Shown: positions 1-8,419 of the stretch, piece by piece
Position numbering within the stretch: position 1 is the first letter of the stretch
Layout: each line of letters starts with the position of its first letter
Source of the DNA: an uncultured Chloroflexia bacterium
GTDB taxonomy: Bacteria; Chloroflexota; Dehalococcoidia; Dehalococcoidales; RBG-16-60-22
Direction: 5' to 3'
DNA length: 64,000 nucleotides
Assembly (NCBI GenBank): GCA_963739395.1
Contig: CAVUAE010000001.1
Location: 1,094,056 to 1,158,055 of the forward strand
The notes under the pieces: generated by a model
The model's input: only the letters and a program-made list of their open reading frames with translations
What the model was told of the DNA's origin: nothing
Database searches by the model: none
Position numbers and translations under genes: made by a program

Positions 1-1971
1 AAAGGAGCCACCATCTTCCCACAGAATATTGGTTTGGCAAGCACCTGGCAGCCAGACTTAATCGGTCGGATAACGACGACTATCCGCCAGCAGATGAGGA
101 CCGTTGGCATACACCAGGGTTTAGCTCCGGTACTCGATGTTACCCGCGACCCCCGCTGGGGAAGAGTGGAAGAGTCTTTCGGCGAAGACCCATACCTGGT
201 AGGGCAAATGGCGGTAGCTTACGTCCGGGGGCTGCAGGGGAATGATATTAAAAAGGGTATCGTCGCAACGACAAAGCATTTTGCCGGTCATGGCTTACCG
301 GAAGGAGGACTAAACTGCGCGCCATCGCATATCCCGCCGCGTTTATTCCGCGAGGTCTATCTTTATCCTTTCGAAAAGGCGGTCAAAGAAGGCGGCGTGC
401 TCTCGGTGATGAACGCCTACCACGAAATCGATGGCATACCATGTGCCGCTTCCGAAGAATTATTAACACATATTTTACGCAACGAATGGGGATTCGACGG
501 GGTGGTGGTTTCTGATTATTTCGCTATCGCCCAGCTAATGACCACCCATAAAATCGCCGCCGACTTAAGCGATGCTGCCGCGCTGGCGCTTCAAGCCGGG
601 CTTGATGTTGAGCTACCGTTTACTAACGCCTATGGAGAGCCGCTAGTAAAGGCGGTGAAAAAAGGAAAGGTTCCTATAGCTATTCTCAACCTCTCGGTAT
701 CGCGGGTATTGACTCTTAAGTACAGACTGGGGCTATTCGAAAACCCCTACGTCAACCCGGAAGCTGTCTTGAAGGTAACCGACACGCCGGTCGACCGGCA
801 GCTTGCCCTGGAGGCAGCGCATAAGTCGATTATTTTACTAAAGAATGATAAAAATCTACTCCCGTTAAATAAAGATATCCGCAGTATCGCGGTTATCGGT
901 CCTAACGCCGATAGCCAGAGGAATCTGCTGGGGGATTATACTTTCGCTTCCCACTCCGCCTTCGAAATAAAGAAAGATGAAAAGACCGGCGATGTCGGCC
1001 TTGTCATGAAAAATTTTAAAGAAGGTATGGTCGCTACACCCAAAGTAATCAGCGTCTTCGAGGGCATCAAAGCGGCCGTCAGTAAAAATACCAAGGTTTT
1101 CTACGCTAAAGGGTGCGATGTCCACAGTAGTAATAAAGACGGCTTTAATGAAGCTATTAAGGCGGCGCGGGGAGCGGATATAGCTATTGTTGTCGTAGGT
1201 GATAAGTCTGGTCTGATGCCGGACAATACCTCCGGGGAGATGCGCGACCGGGATATGTTAGCTCTGCCCGGCGTTCAGGAGGAGATGGTAAAAGCAGTTT
1301 ATGAAACCGGTACACCTGTCGTGCTGGTGCTGGTCAACGGGCGGCCATACACGATGCAATGGTTAGCGGAAAAAATACCCGCTATCGTCAATGCCTGGGA
1401 ACCCGGCGAAGAAGGTGGACGGGCAGTGGCTGACGTGCTTTTCGGCGACTACAATCCCGGCGGCAAACTGCCTATTTCCTTCCCGCTTAACGAAGGGCAA
1501 ATACCCACTTACTACGGACACAAACCATCCGGCAGGAAGTCAGACCCATGGACGGACTATGTTGATGGAAACGCCAGGCCGCTTTATGAGTTCGGTTACG
1601 GCTTAAGCTACACTAGTTTCGAGTTTAGTAACTTAAGAATAGAGTCAGCAAAAATACCCGTCAATGGTAAGCTTAAGATAACGGCCGACATTAAAAACAC
1701 CGGTAAAAGTGAGGGCGACGAGGTGGTCCAACTTTATATTAACGATGTCGTCGCTAGCGTTACCCGACCGGTCAAAGAGCTGAAAAGTTTCGAACGCGTC
1801 CACCTGAAACCCAACGAGAAAAAGACCGTCACTTTCGAGGTTGAGGCGGAGCAGCTTGCTTTTTACAACAGGAAAATGGAACGAAAAGTTGAGCCAGGTA
1901 TTTTTAAAGTAATGGTTGGCCGTTCTTCAGCGGACATTCTTTTAGAAGGAAAATTCGAAGTCACAAGGTAA
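1..1971 (+). CDS. Glycoside hydrolase family 3 beta-glucosidase (5' end outside window)
   Basis: Frame 1 is open from base 1 (KGATIFPQNIGLASTW...), so the ORF-track start at 34 is an internal TTG. GH3 hallmarks: RDPRWGRVEESFGEDP, KHFAGHG, GVVVSDY, and a C-terminal Fn3-like domain. Confidence 0.9.
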   Translation, partial: KGATIFPQNIGLASTWQPDLIGRITTTIRQQMRTVGIHQGLAPVLDVTRDPRWGRVEESFGEDPYLVGQMAVAYVRGLQGNDIKKGIVATTKHFAGHGLPEGGLNCAPSHIPPRLFREVYLYPFEKAVKEGGVLSVMNAYHEIDGIPCAASEELLTHILRNEWGFDGVVVSDYFAIAQLMTTHKIAADLSDAAALALQAGLDVELPFTNAYGEPLVKAVKKGKVPIAILNLSVSRVLTLKYRLGLFENPYVNPEAVLKVTDTPVDRQLALEAAHKSIILLKNDKNLLPLNKDIRSIAVIGPNADSQRNLLGDYTFASHSAFEIKKDEKTGDVGLVMKNFKEGMVATPKVISVFEGIKAAVSKNTKVFYAKGCDVHSSNKDGFNEAIKAARGADIAIVVVGDKSGLMPDNTSGEMRDRDMLALPGVQEEMVKAVYETGTPVVLVLVNGRPYTMQWLAEKIPAIVNAWEPGEEGGRAVADVLFGDYNPGGKLPISFPLNEGQIPTYYGHKPSGRKSDPWTDYVDGNARPLYEFGYGLSYTSFEFSNLRIESAKIPVNGKLKITADIKNTGKSEGDEVVQLYINDVVASVTRPVKELKSFERVHLKPNEKKTVTFEVEAEQLAFYNRKMERKVEPGIFKVMVGRSSADILLEGKFEVTR

Positions 1972-1982
1972 TACTTTAAAAA

Positions 1983-3599
1983 ATGAAAAAGCCAAGGCTT
2001 GCATTAGGCCTGGACATCGGCACGCAGGGTATTTCCGCCGTTGTTCTTGACATAGATAAACGCACCAAAATTCATGAGCATTCCCTTGATTATTGCCAGG
2101 ATGCGAGGCTGAATATCTTTGGCATCCGTAAAGAAGATTACATTTTACCTTCGGAATCTGAGGGAGAAGCCAGCCAGCCGCCGTTAATGTTTTTTGCGTC
2201 GCTGGATGCCATCTTTGACGACCTTAAAAAACATATACCTTTAAAGGATATCGTCGTCGTTAACAATTCTAGTCAGCAGCATAGCCACGTCTACCTTAAT
2301 CACGAGGCGTTATCGATTTTCAAAAAATTATCGGTAGAAGCATCAGCATCATCGGACCTCGTCAACCTGCTCAAAGACAGCCTCGCATATCAGCGCGCGC
2401 CGATATGGATGACCTCGAATACTGACGAACAGGCGGAACATATCCGTAAATATGTCGGCGGTAAAGAAAAAGCCATTAAATTATGTGGTTCGGATATACC
2501 TCTCAGATTTACCGGCGTAATCATGAGGCACGTCGCCCAGCAGTATCCGGAAATTTATGCACAGACAGACAATATCCAGCTAATCAGTAGTTTGGTCACT
2601 GCTATCCTTACGGGTAATTCAAAAACGCCCATCGACTACGGTAATGCCTGCGGCATGGTGTTGATGGATTACCAGCAACAAGCATGGTCGGATATCCTGA
2701 TAAAAGCCGCTGCCGATGGATTGGCCGGAGGTGAAGAGGTTTTTCGTAGCAAACTATCGACCATCGTCTCACCCTGTACAATCTCGGGTAAGATAGCTTC
2801 GTATTTCGTGTTCAAATACGGTTTTTCCCCGATGTGCCAGATTGTTGCCGGCTCGGGAGACAATCCGCAATCAAAGGTATTGGTAGGCGGTGATTTACTC
2901 AGTCTAGGCACGAGTCTTGTCTATATGGTATCCACCGATGGAGAAACCTTTGATATGAATGGTTTTGCTAACGCCATGTATGATGGCCTGGGTAAACCAT
3001 TCATCTTTAGCTGCCGCACCAATGGTACGATGGTTTGGGACAAGCTAAGAGAAATATATGGCTTGAAAAAAGAAGAATACGAACCTGCTGAGGAGGCATT
3101 GCGCCATACGCCTGTTGGACAAAATTTATTATTTTGGCAACCAAGGGATGAGTCATTCCCTCCTTCTGGCAAAATAGAAATGGTGAGGATTGGTAATGAA
3201 AAACCTGGTCTGGGCGCTGATTATGCCGGGCTTATCGAGACCACATTGGCTTCGGTATATTATCATTCACAAGATTTTTCAAAGAACACCAAAGAAAAAA
3301 TTTACGTTACCGGTGGCGCAGTTAATAGCCGTGAAATCATACGGCGAATTGCCGCGATATGGAGTCGGCCGGTAGTGACGCTGGACGAGTGCGGAGCAGC
3401 ATTAGGGGCAGCCATCGCCGGGGCTTATGCGTTTTTAAGGACATCGCCAAAAATAGAAAATATAGAGAAATTCAACGGCTTAGATTTTACTAAACAAAGC
3501 CAGCCGATTCAGCCACGGACTGACGATGTAGTAACTTTTCATCGTCCCGGTCGCTATCTGGACATTTTTGTCAAAGAAGAAGCAAGATTGCTGGTATAA
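1983..3599 (+). CDS. FGGY-family carbohydrate kinase (xylulokinase-like)
   Basis: N-terminal LGLDIGTQGISAVVLD phosphate-binding motif, GSGDNP, and YVTGGA near the C-terminus. Follows the GH3 gene after an 11-nt gap. Substrate cannot be assigned. Confidence 0.8.
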   Translation: MKKPRLALGLDIGTQGISAVVLDIDKRTKIHEHSLDYCQDARLNIFGIRKEDYILPSESEGEASQPPLMFFASLDAIFDDLKKHIPLKDIVVVNNSSQQHSHVYLNHEALSIFKKLSVEASASSDLVNLLKDSLAYQRAPIWMTSNTDEQAEHIRKYVGGKEKAIKLCGSDIPLRFTGVIMRHVAQQYPEIYAQTDNIQLISSLVTAILTGNSKTPIDYGNACGMVLMDYQQQAWSDILIKAAADGLAGGEEVFRSKLSTIVSPCTISGKIASYFVFKYGFSPMCQIVAGSGDNPQSKVLVGGDLLSLGTSLVYMVSTDGETFDMNGFANAMYDGLGKPFIFSCRTNGTMVWDKLREIYGLKKEEYEPAEEALRHTPVGQNLLFWQPRDESFPPSGKIEMVRIGNEKPGLGADYAGLIETTLASVYYHSQDFSKNTKEKIYVTGGAVNSREIIRRIAAIWSRPVVTLDECGAALGAAIAGAYAFLRTSPKIENIEKFNGLDFTKQSQPIQPRTDDVVTFHRPGRYLDIFVKEEARLLV

Positions 3600-3707
3600 T
3601 TATTCCATAATAAAAACTATGTTGGAGGGCACTTTTAAATGGTAAATACTAAATATGGTAAGTATGTAATTAGAAAATCGGTAACAAAACCAGAACCTTG
3701 ACCAACT

Positions 3708-4058
3708 ATGGAATGGATCGGCGAAACCGATTATAAAACCAACGTCACCTTTATGATCACCCGTGTGATGGCGCCGTGCAAAATGGAAGAGTACCCCCAT
3801 TCTCACGACTTTGACATGTATTTACATTTCATTTCATATGATTATGAACATATGGATGACCTGTTCGCGGAGATAGAAATCGGTTTAGGCGAAGAGCAGG
3901 AAATGCATACCATCACCTCACCAGCCAGCGTCTATATTCCCGCCGGATTAATACATTGCCCACTTATTTTCAAAAAAGTGGATAAACCCATTATTCTCTT
4001 TCATACCAGCATTGCGTCTAAATATGTAAAAAAAGAAGATTCAATTAAAAAACCTTAG
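3708..4058 (+). CDS. Small cupin-like hypothetical protein
   Basis: PHSHDFDMYLHF and YIPAGLIHCP resemble cupin metal-site motifs. No RBS at ATG 3708. An RBS-led ATG at 3639 is in frame but separated by TGA 3699-3701 (see findings). Confidence 0.5.
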   Translation: MEWIGETDYKTNVTFMITRVMAPCKMEEYPHSHDFDMYLHFISYDYEHMDDLFAEIEIGLGEEQEMHTITSPASVYIPAGLIHCPLIFKKVDKPIILFHTSIASKYVKKEDSIKKP

Positions 4059-4099
4059 ACATTACTGGAACTGTTACCCAAAAAATAAGGAGTAAACAA

Positions 4100-5077
4100 A
4101 TGAACCCTGACCTTACAGAATTATTAGACCCCGAACTAAAAGGACCTATCAAGATGATGTTAAGCCAGATGCCGCCAACCTCTTTCGACAATCTGCCTGC
4201 GGCGCGTGCCGCTTCCAAACAAATGATGGCAGCGATGAAAAATCAGATGCCAGTCATTCCAGGTGTCATTACCGAAGACAGAATAATTCCGGGTCCTAAA
4301 GGTGCTCCCGATGTAACCGTAAGAATCTATCGTCCAGAAAAACAGACTGGTTTACTTCCTGCCCTGCTCTGGATTCATGGCGGAGGCTATATGCTCGGTG
4401 AAATCGACCAGGAAGATTTTTCAGCAAAGCAATTCACGTTAGCCGGTAATTGCGTTGTCGTATCGGTAGAATACCGATTAGCTCCGGAGAATCCTTATCC
4501 AGCTCCACTAGAAGACTGTTATGCTGCTTTGAAATGGCTAGCAGCCCATACTGATGAGTTAAAGGTAGACCGTTCACGTATCGCCATCGGGGGTGCGAGC
4601 GCTGGGGGCGGACTTGCCGCTGGGCTGGCTCTTCTGGCACGCGACCGAGCCGAAGTTGAAATTATGTTTCAGTTATTAATCTATCCCATGATTAACGACT
4701 GCAATGTCACTCCTGCTAGTGATACCTTACCTGACACCCTTTTCTGGACCAGGGAAAACAATTTAATAGGCTGGCGCTCATACCTTGGCAGTAAACCTGG
4801 AGGCAAAGGAATCTCTTACTACGCAGCGGCTTTCAGAACTACCAAATTAGAAGGACTTCCTCCGGCGTATATAACTGTGGGTGACATTGACCTGTTTGCC
4901 CAGGAAGACGTTGAGTATGCACGTAGGTTAATTGCCGCCGGCGTCCCCACCGAACTTCATGTCTATCCCGGAGGCTGTCATGCTTTCGATATGCTCATCC
5001 CTGGTGCTGACATTTCTAAACGATTTACGTCCGATATACACCGGGCGTTAAAACGGGCACTTCACCAATCAGAATAA
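4100..5077 (+). CDS. Alpha/beta hydrolase, hormone-sensitive-lipase-like esterase
   Basis: HGGGY oxyanion-hole motif, GGASAGG nucleophile elbow, C-terminal CHAFD histidine. RBS AAGGAG upstream. Confidence 0.85.
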   Translation: MNPDLTELLDPELKGPIKMMLSQMPPTSFDNLPAARAASKQMMAAMKNQMPVIPGVITEDRIIPGPKGAPDVTVRIYRPEKQTGLLPALLWIHGGGYMLGEIDQEDFSAKQFTLAGNCVVVSVEYRLAPENPYPAPLEDCYAALKWLAAHTDELKVDRSRIAIGGASAGGGLAAGLALLARDRAEVEIMFQLLIYPMINDCNVTPASDTLPDTLFWTRENNLIGWRSYLGSKPGGKGISYYAAAFRTTKLEGLPPAYITVGDIDLFAQEDVEYARRLIAAGVPTELHVYPGGCHAFDMLIPGADISKRFTSDIHRALKRALHQSE

Positions 5078-5122
5078 ACAGAATTTAAGCCTTAAAACTT
5101 TCAGAACTTGAGGGTTACGTAA

Positions 5123-5929
5123 ATGAATGTTAAGGAAGTCGTCGAAATTGTATTAACGTTAAATGGTGGAAGAAAATTTGAAAAAACCTGCGACCAGCTT
5201 ATCGAAGGCAGCTGGGAGTATCAAGTGACCGGTATTGTTACGACATTTATGGCCACCGTCGAGGTAATTCGCCGGGCAATTAAAATGGGCTGCAACCTAA
5301 TCATTACCCATGAACCAACTTATTTTACTGGTTTAGACAACACAGACTGGGTAAAAGATGACTCGGTTTATCAGCAGAAAAAGGGTTTGATTGACGATAA
5401 TAAAATATCAATCTGGCGGTACCATGACCATATGCATAGCGGTAATGAAGACCTTATTTATGCCGGATTATTAAAAGACCTGGGATGGACGAAGTATTTA
5501 AACAAAGAATTCCCATTGCCGCATTGTTATACGATTCCTGTAACAGCAGTTAAAACTTTAGTTGGCTTTTTGAAGAAGACCCTCGGCATGAAGGTTATAC
5601 AAATCGTTGGCAACTCAGATATGAAATGCAGTCGAGTCGGCATACTAGTCGGCGGAGGCAGCCTTGGACTTGGCCGTGAAGAGATGCCAGCCAAGCTGAT
5701 GAACGATCAACAGCTGGATGTGATAATCTGCGGCGAAATCACCGAATGGACATTAAGCGCCTATGTTCGTGACGCCGCGGCTTTAAGCTTCAACAAAGCG
5801 ATGATTGTTGTAGGACATGAACGAAGCGAAGAACCCGGTATGAAAGAGCTGGCTAACCGACTACAGCCACTTTTAAAAGAAATTCCGGTTCAATTTGCAG
5901 ACGCCGAAGAGCCGTTTACATATCTATAA
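5123..5929 (+). CDS. NIF3-family dinuclear metal-centre protein
   Basis: NIF3 motifs ITHEPTYF, WRYHDHMH, VVGHERSEEPG. Confidence 0.8.
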   Translation: MNVKEVVEIVLTLNGGRKFEKTCDQLIEGSWEYQVTGIVTTFMATVEVIRRAIKMGCNLIITHEPTYFTGLDNTDWVKDDSVYQQKKGLIDDNKISIWRYHDHMHSGNEDLIYAGLLKDLGWTKYLNKEFPLPHCYTIPVTAVKTLVGFLKKTLGMKVIQIVGNSDMKCSRVGILVGGGSLGLGREEMPAKLMNDQQLDVIICGEITEWTLSAYVRDAAALSFNKAMIVVGHERSEEPGMKELANRLQPLLKEIPVQFADAEEPFTYL

Positions 5930-5957
5930 AATTACTTAATAGTTATTTAACTCTACC

Positions 5958-5973
5958 TACCACTGCACGAACA
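5958..5973. repeat. Left copy of 16-nt direct repeat TACCACTGCACGAACA (orphan dnaN 3'-end remnant)
   Basis: Identical 16-mer at 8421-8436. On the reverse strand it reads ATC CCA TTG TTC GTG CAG TGG TAG (IPLFVQW*), against dnaN's MPMFVQW*. Weaker similarity extends about 8-10 nt further. Confidence 0.8.
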
Positions 5974-6057
5974 ATGGGATGTCTGCCCTTTCATGCGTAC
6001 GTTTGTTCAGGCTAATTTGAAAAAATGTAGAATATTATTAGTCCGTTAATTGATAAC

Positions 6058-8229
6058 TCAACTAGCAAATTGGCTAATATCCCTGTAAAGTTGTTTTAAA
6101 TGATGGTCGGATAAATCTATCAGAGGTTCATACATGAAGGAATTGAGGTGGATAGCTTCCGGTGTCATCATTATGACCCTAGACAATAGTTTTCTAGATT
6201 CTTTGTCTGACGGAAATTTCTTTACAAAGTTGTCGAATAGCACTCTCGTTTGATTTCCACTAATATCTACTGTAACCGCGGGGTCATTTATTTTTTTTAT
6301 GATTGCTTTTTCAGCTTTGAGCCTTATTGCGATTGACAAAACGATTTTATTCTCAAGGTTAATAGTTTCGACATTATTGAGACAACACTCATCCGCCTGC
6401 TGAAAAATAAGAGAAATTACTGTGGTATTATCTGAGGTGATTGAAGGCGCAGGCGTAAATATAGTTCCATAGATAGATGCTAAATCGTTTAATGTAATCG
6501 AGTCTGTATCTGATTTGTAATGGAGTAATGACGTTAACTTTAAATACTCATGGTTAGATCGCCCTTTAGTATATTCAATAATGTTACGCGCCATTGGTAT
6601 AGTAGCTATTAGACAATTTTTATTGCCAGGCAGTTGATCTTTCCAACGTGTAAATGGAGTTCTTAAGCAATCAGCTTGTACCAATTTCACTTCTGATTCA
6701 GACTTGATTGACATCAGGCAATTCTCCCAATATACAGGAAGTCGGCTTTGTACTGTTCTAAAAAAATCAAAGTTATGAGTTAACAATAGAATTAGAAATT
6801 TTTTGGTTTCCTCTATTTCTTTCAAGTATTCAATGATCGCAAATTTGTTTTTGTAGTCAAAAGAATCTGCGATATCATCTAATACTAGAATAGTTTGATA
6901 ATCCTCTGTCTCACGTGCTCTTATCTCGTAAATTATATCTAATATATACAAAGCTCTTTTCTCGCCTGTACTTAATACACTTAACAATTCCACTTTATTC
7001 ATCTCACAGCGGTCAGTGCCATCTATATAATTAAAAGTTATTTTAGGTGTAATTTCCTTAAGAATCACTTCTTCTTGATTAGCTACTTCAATTTCGAAGG
7101 GTACTGTAAAACGTTCTTTAAAAATATTGATAACCTCTCGCCAACGAGTTTCTTGACTTCTTGCCTTATTAACAATTGAATCTATTTGTTTTTTACCTTC
7201 CTTAAAAACCTCAAGAAAATTTTTATAAAGTTCCTTCTCAGAAATTAGATAAGAAATCCATAGTTTCTTTTTGAAAGTATCAACACTAGCCAATTCAGGT
7301 AAAATTTTCATATTGTCTAATAGGTATTGATGAAACTTACGAAGTTCAGCATTACCCATAATCTTGAAATCAATTGAATTAAATTTATCCTTAAGTTCGG
7401 GATTATTTAATATTCGGTTTTCCTCTTCGGAAATAACTGCATCAAAATCAGATTGCGATGTAATTTCTGTTTTTTTAGAAGATGAATCTGATAGTAAAAT
7501 AGCATGTTTAGCGGAAAAGTATTTATTAGCTTTTAGGTTTTTTGATACAGTAGATGCGTTGTAGTGATTGAAGCCACCCTTTCTGAAATAATTTGAACTG
7601 TCGATAATTTCATTGTATTTATCAATATAGTCACACAACAAGGAATGCATGCCTGGTGATTTTAAAAAGGGTTCAGTCTTATCATTTATTACTTCGGAAT
7701 AAAGAATATCAGCAAAATCTGACGATGATGAATTAACATTATCTTGTAGTTTTGATAATAATAATGAACTGTCATTTGATTTATCATCGAAAGCTGATAG
7801 CATTAGTTGTTCAGCGTTCTTTTTTGTATTAGAAACTTTACCAATAGCTGATAATAGAGTAAGTCTAGAACTTTCAATAGATTTTGCTGTTGATTCGTAT
7901 TGTTTCCTTAATTCTTCGTCTACAAGCAAAGTAGATATACGTTCAGATTCGTATTTTTCGTCATATGAGTCAACGACAAATATATGAAGAGGGTTTAAAG
8001 AGTTACCTGTTTCGTCTTTAATATTACATAGTGCTGTTCTTTGAGTATAAATAGCGTCTCTAGGTTCTCTTGATTGGCTAAGGTCATTAAATACTTTTGC
8101 AAGGGATGTTTTCATTGCACCATTGGGAGCATAGAGTAAGAATGAGTTCGCATTAGTAGTAGCAAAGTCAAATTCATGTTTAAGTGCTTTTATTCCATAA
8201 CAATTTTTCAAATCAACGGAAATTTTCAT
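6058..8229 (-). CDS. AAA_13-like ABC-type ATPase with long coiled-coil insert and C-terminal effector-like domain (PrrC/RloC-like architecture)
   Basis: Degenerate Walker A LLYAPNGAMKTSLAKVF, ABC signature LSTGEKRALYIL, Walker B ILVLDDIADSFD, H-loop LLLTHNFDFF. About 300 aa of helical, low-complexity sequence lies between Walker A and the signature motif. The C-terminal 200 aa contain RNIIE...H...H. Confidence 0.65.
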   Translation of the reverse strand: MKISVDLKNCYGIKALKHEFDFATTNANSFLLYAPNGAMKTSLAKVFNDLSQSREPRDAIYTQRTALCNIKDETGNSLNPLHIFVVDSYDEKYESERISTLLVDEELRKQYESTAKSIESSRLTLLSAIGKVSNTKKNAEQLMLSAFDDKSNDSSLLLSKLQDNVNSSSSDFADILYSEVINDKTEPFLKSPGMHSLLCDYIDKYNEIIDSSNYFRKGGFNHYNASTVSKNLKANKYFSAKHAILLSDSSSKKTEITSQSDFDAVISEEENRILNNPELKDKFNSIDFKIMGNAELRKFHQYLLDNMKILPELASVDTFKKKLWISYLISEKELYKNFLEVFKEGKKQIDSIVNKARSQETRWREVINIFKERFTVPFEIEVANQEEVILKEITPKITFNYIDGTDRCEMNKVELLSVLSTGEKRALYILDIIYEIRARETEDYQTILVLDDIADSFDYKNKFAIIEYLKEIEETKKFLILLLTHNFDFFRTVQSRLPVYWENCLMSIKSESEVKLVQADCLRTPFTRWKDQLPGNKNCLIATIPMARNIIEYTKGRSNHEYLKLTSLLHYKSDTDSITLNDLASIYGTIFTPAPSITSDNTTVISLIFQQADECCLNNVETINLENKIVLSIAIRLKAEKAIIKKINDPAVTVDISGNQTRVLFDNFVKKFPSDKESRKLLSRVIMMTPEAIHLNSFMYEPLIDLSDHHLKQLYRDISQFAS

Positions 8230-8265
8230 ATTAACTCCTATGTATGGGGTTGAGAGTGTGCGTGT

Positions 8266-8294
8266 ATTATGCGCTTAGTGTTAAAATACGTCAA
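8266..8294 (-). promoter_or_regulatory. Sigma70-like promoter of the ATPase gene
   Basis: Reverse strand reads TTGACG - 17 nt - CATAAT, followed by RBS TAGGAG and ATG at 8229. Confidence 0.5.
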
Positions 8295-8363
8295 TATATG
8301 GGTAAAAAGAAGCGAGTAAAAAAAGCTTACAGTGGCTCGGCTCATTATTGGTCTGAACGTATG

Positions 8364-8391
8364 TAAAAAAAGGGGAGCATTTCTGCTCCCC
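8364..8391 (-). terminator. Rho-independent terminator downstream of dnaN
   Basis: 8-bp stem GGGGAGCA/TGCTCCCC (8372-8379 / 8384-8391) with loop TTTC. On the reverse strand it is followed by a 7-nt T-run (A-run 8365-8371 on plus). Confidence 0.7.
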
Positions 8392-8419
8392 CCTCGTTTT
8401 AATCAGGCTATTTCTTTAA

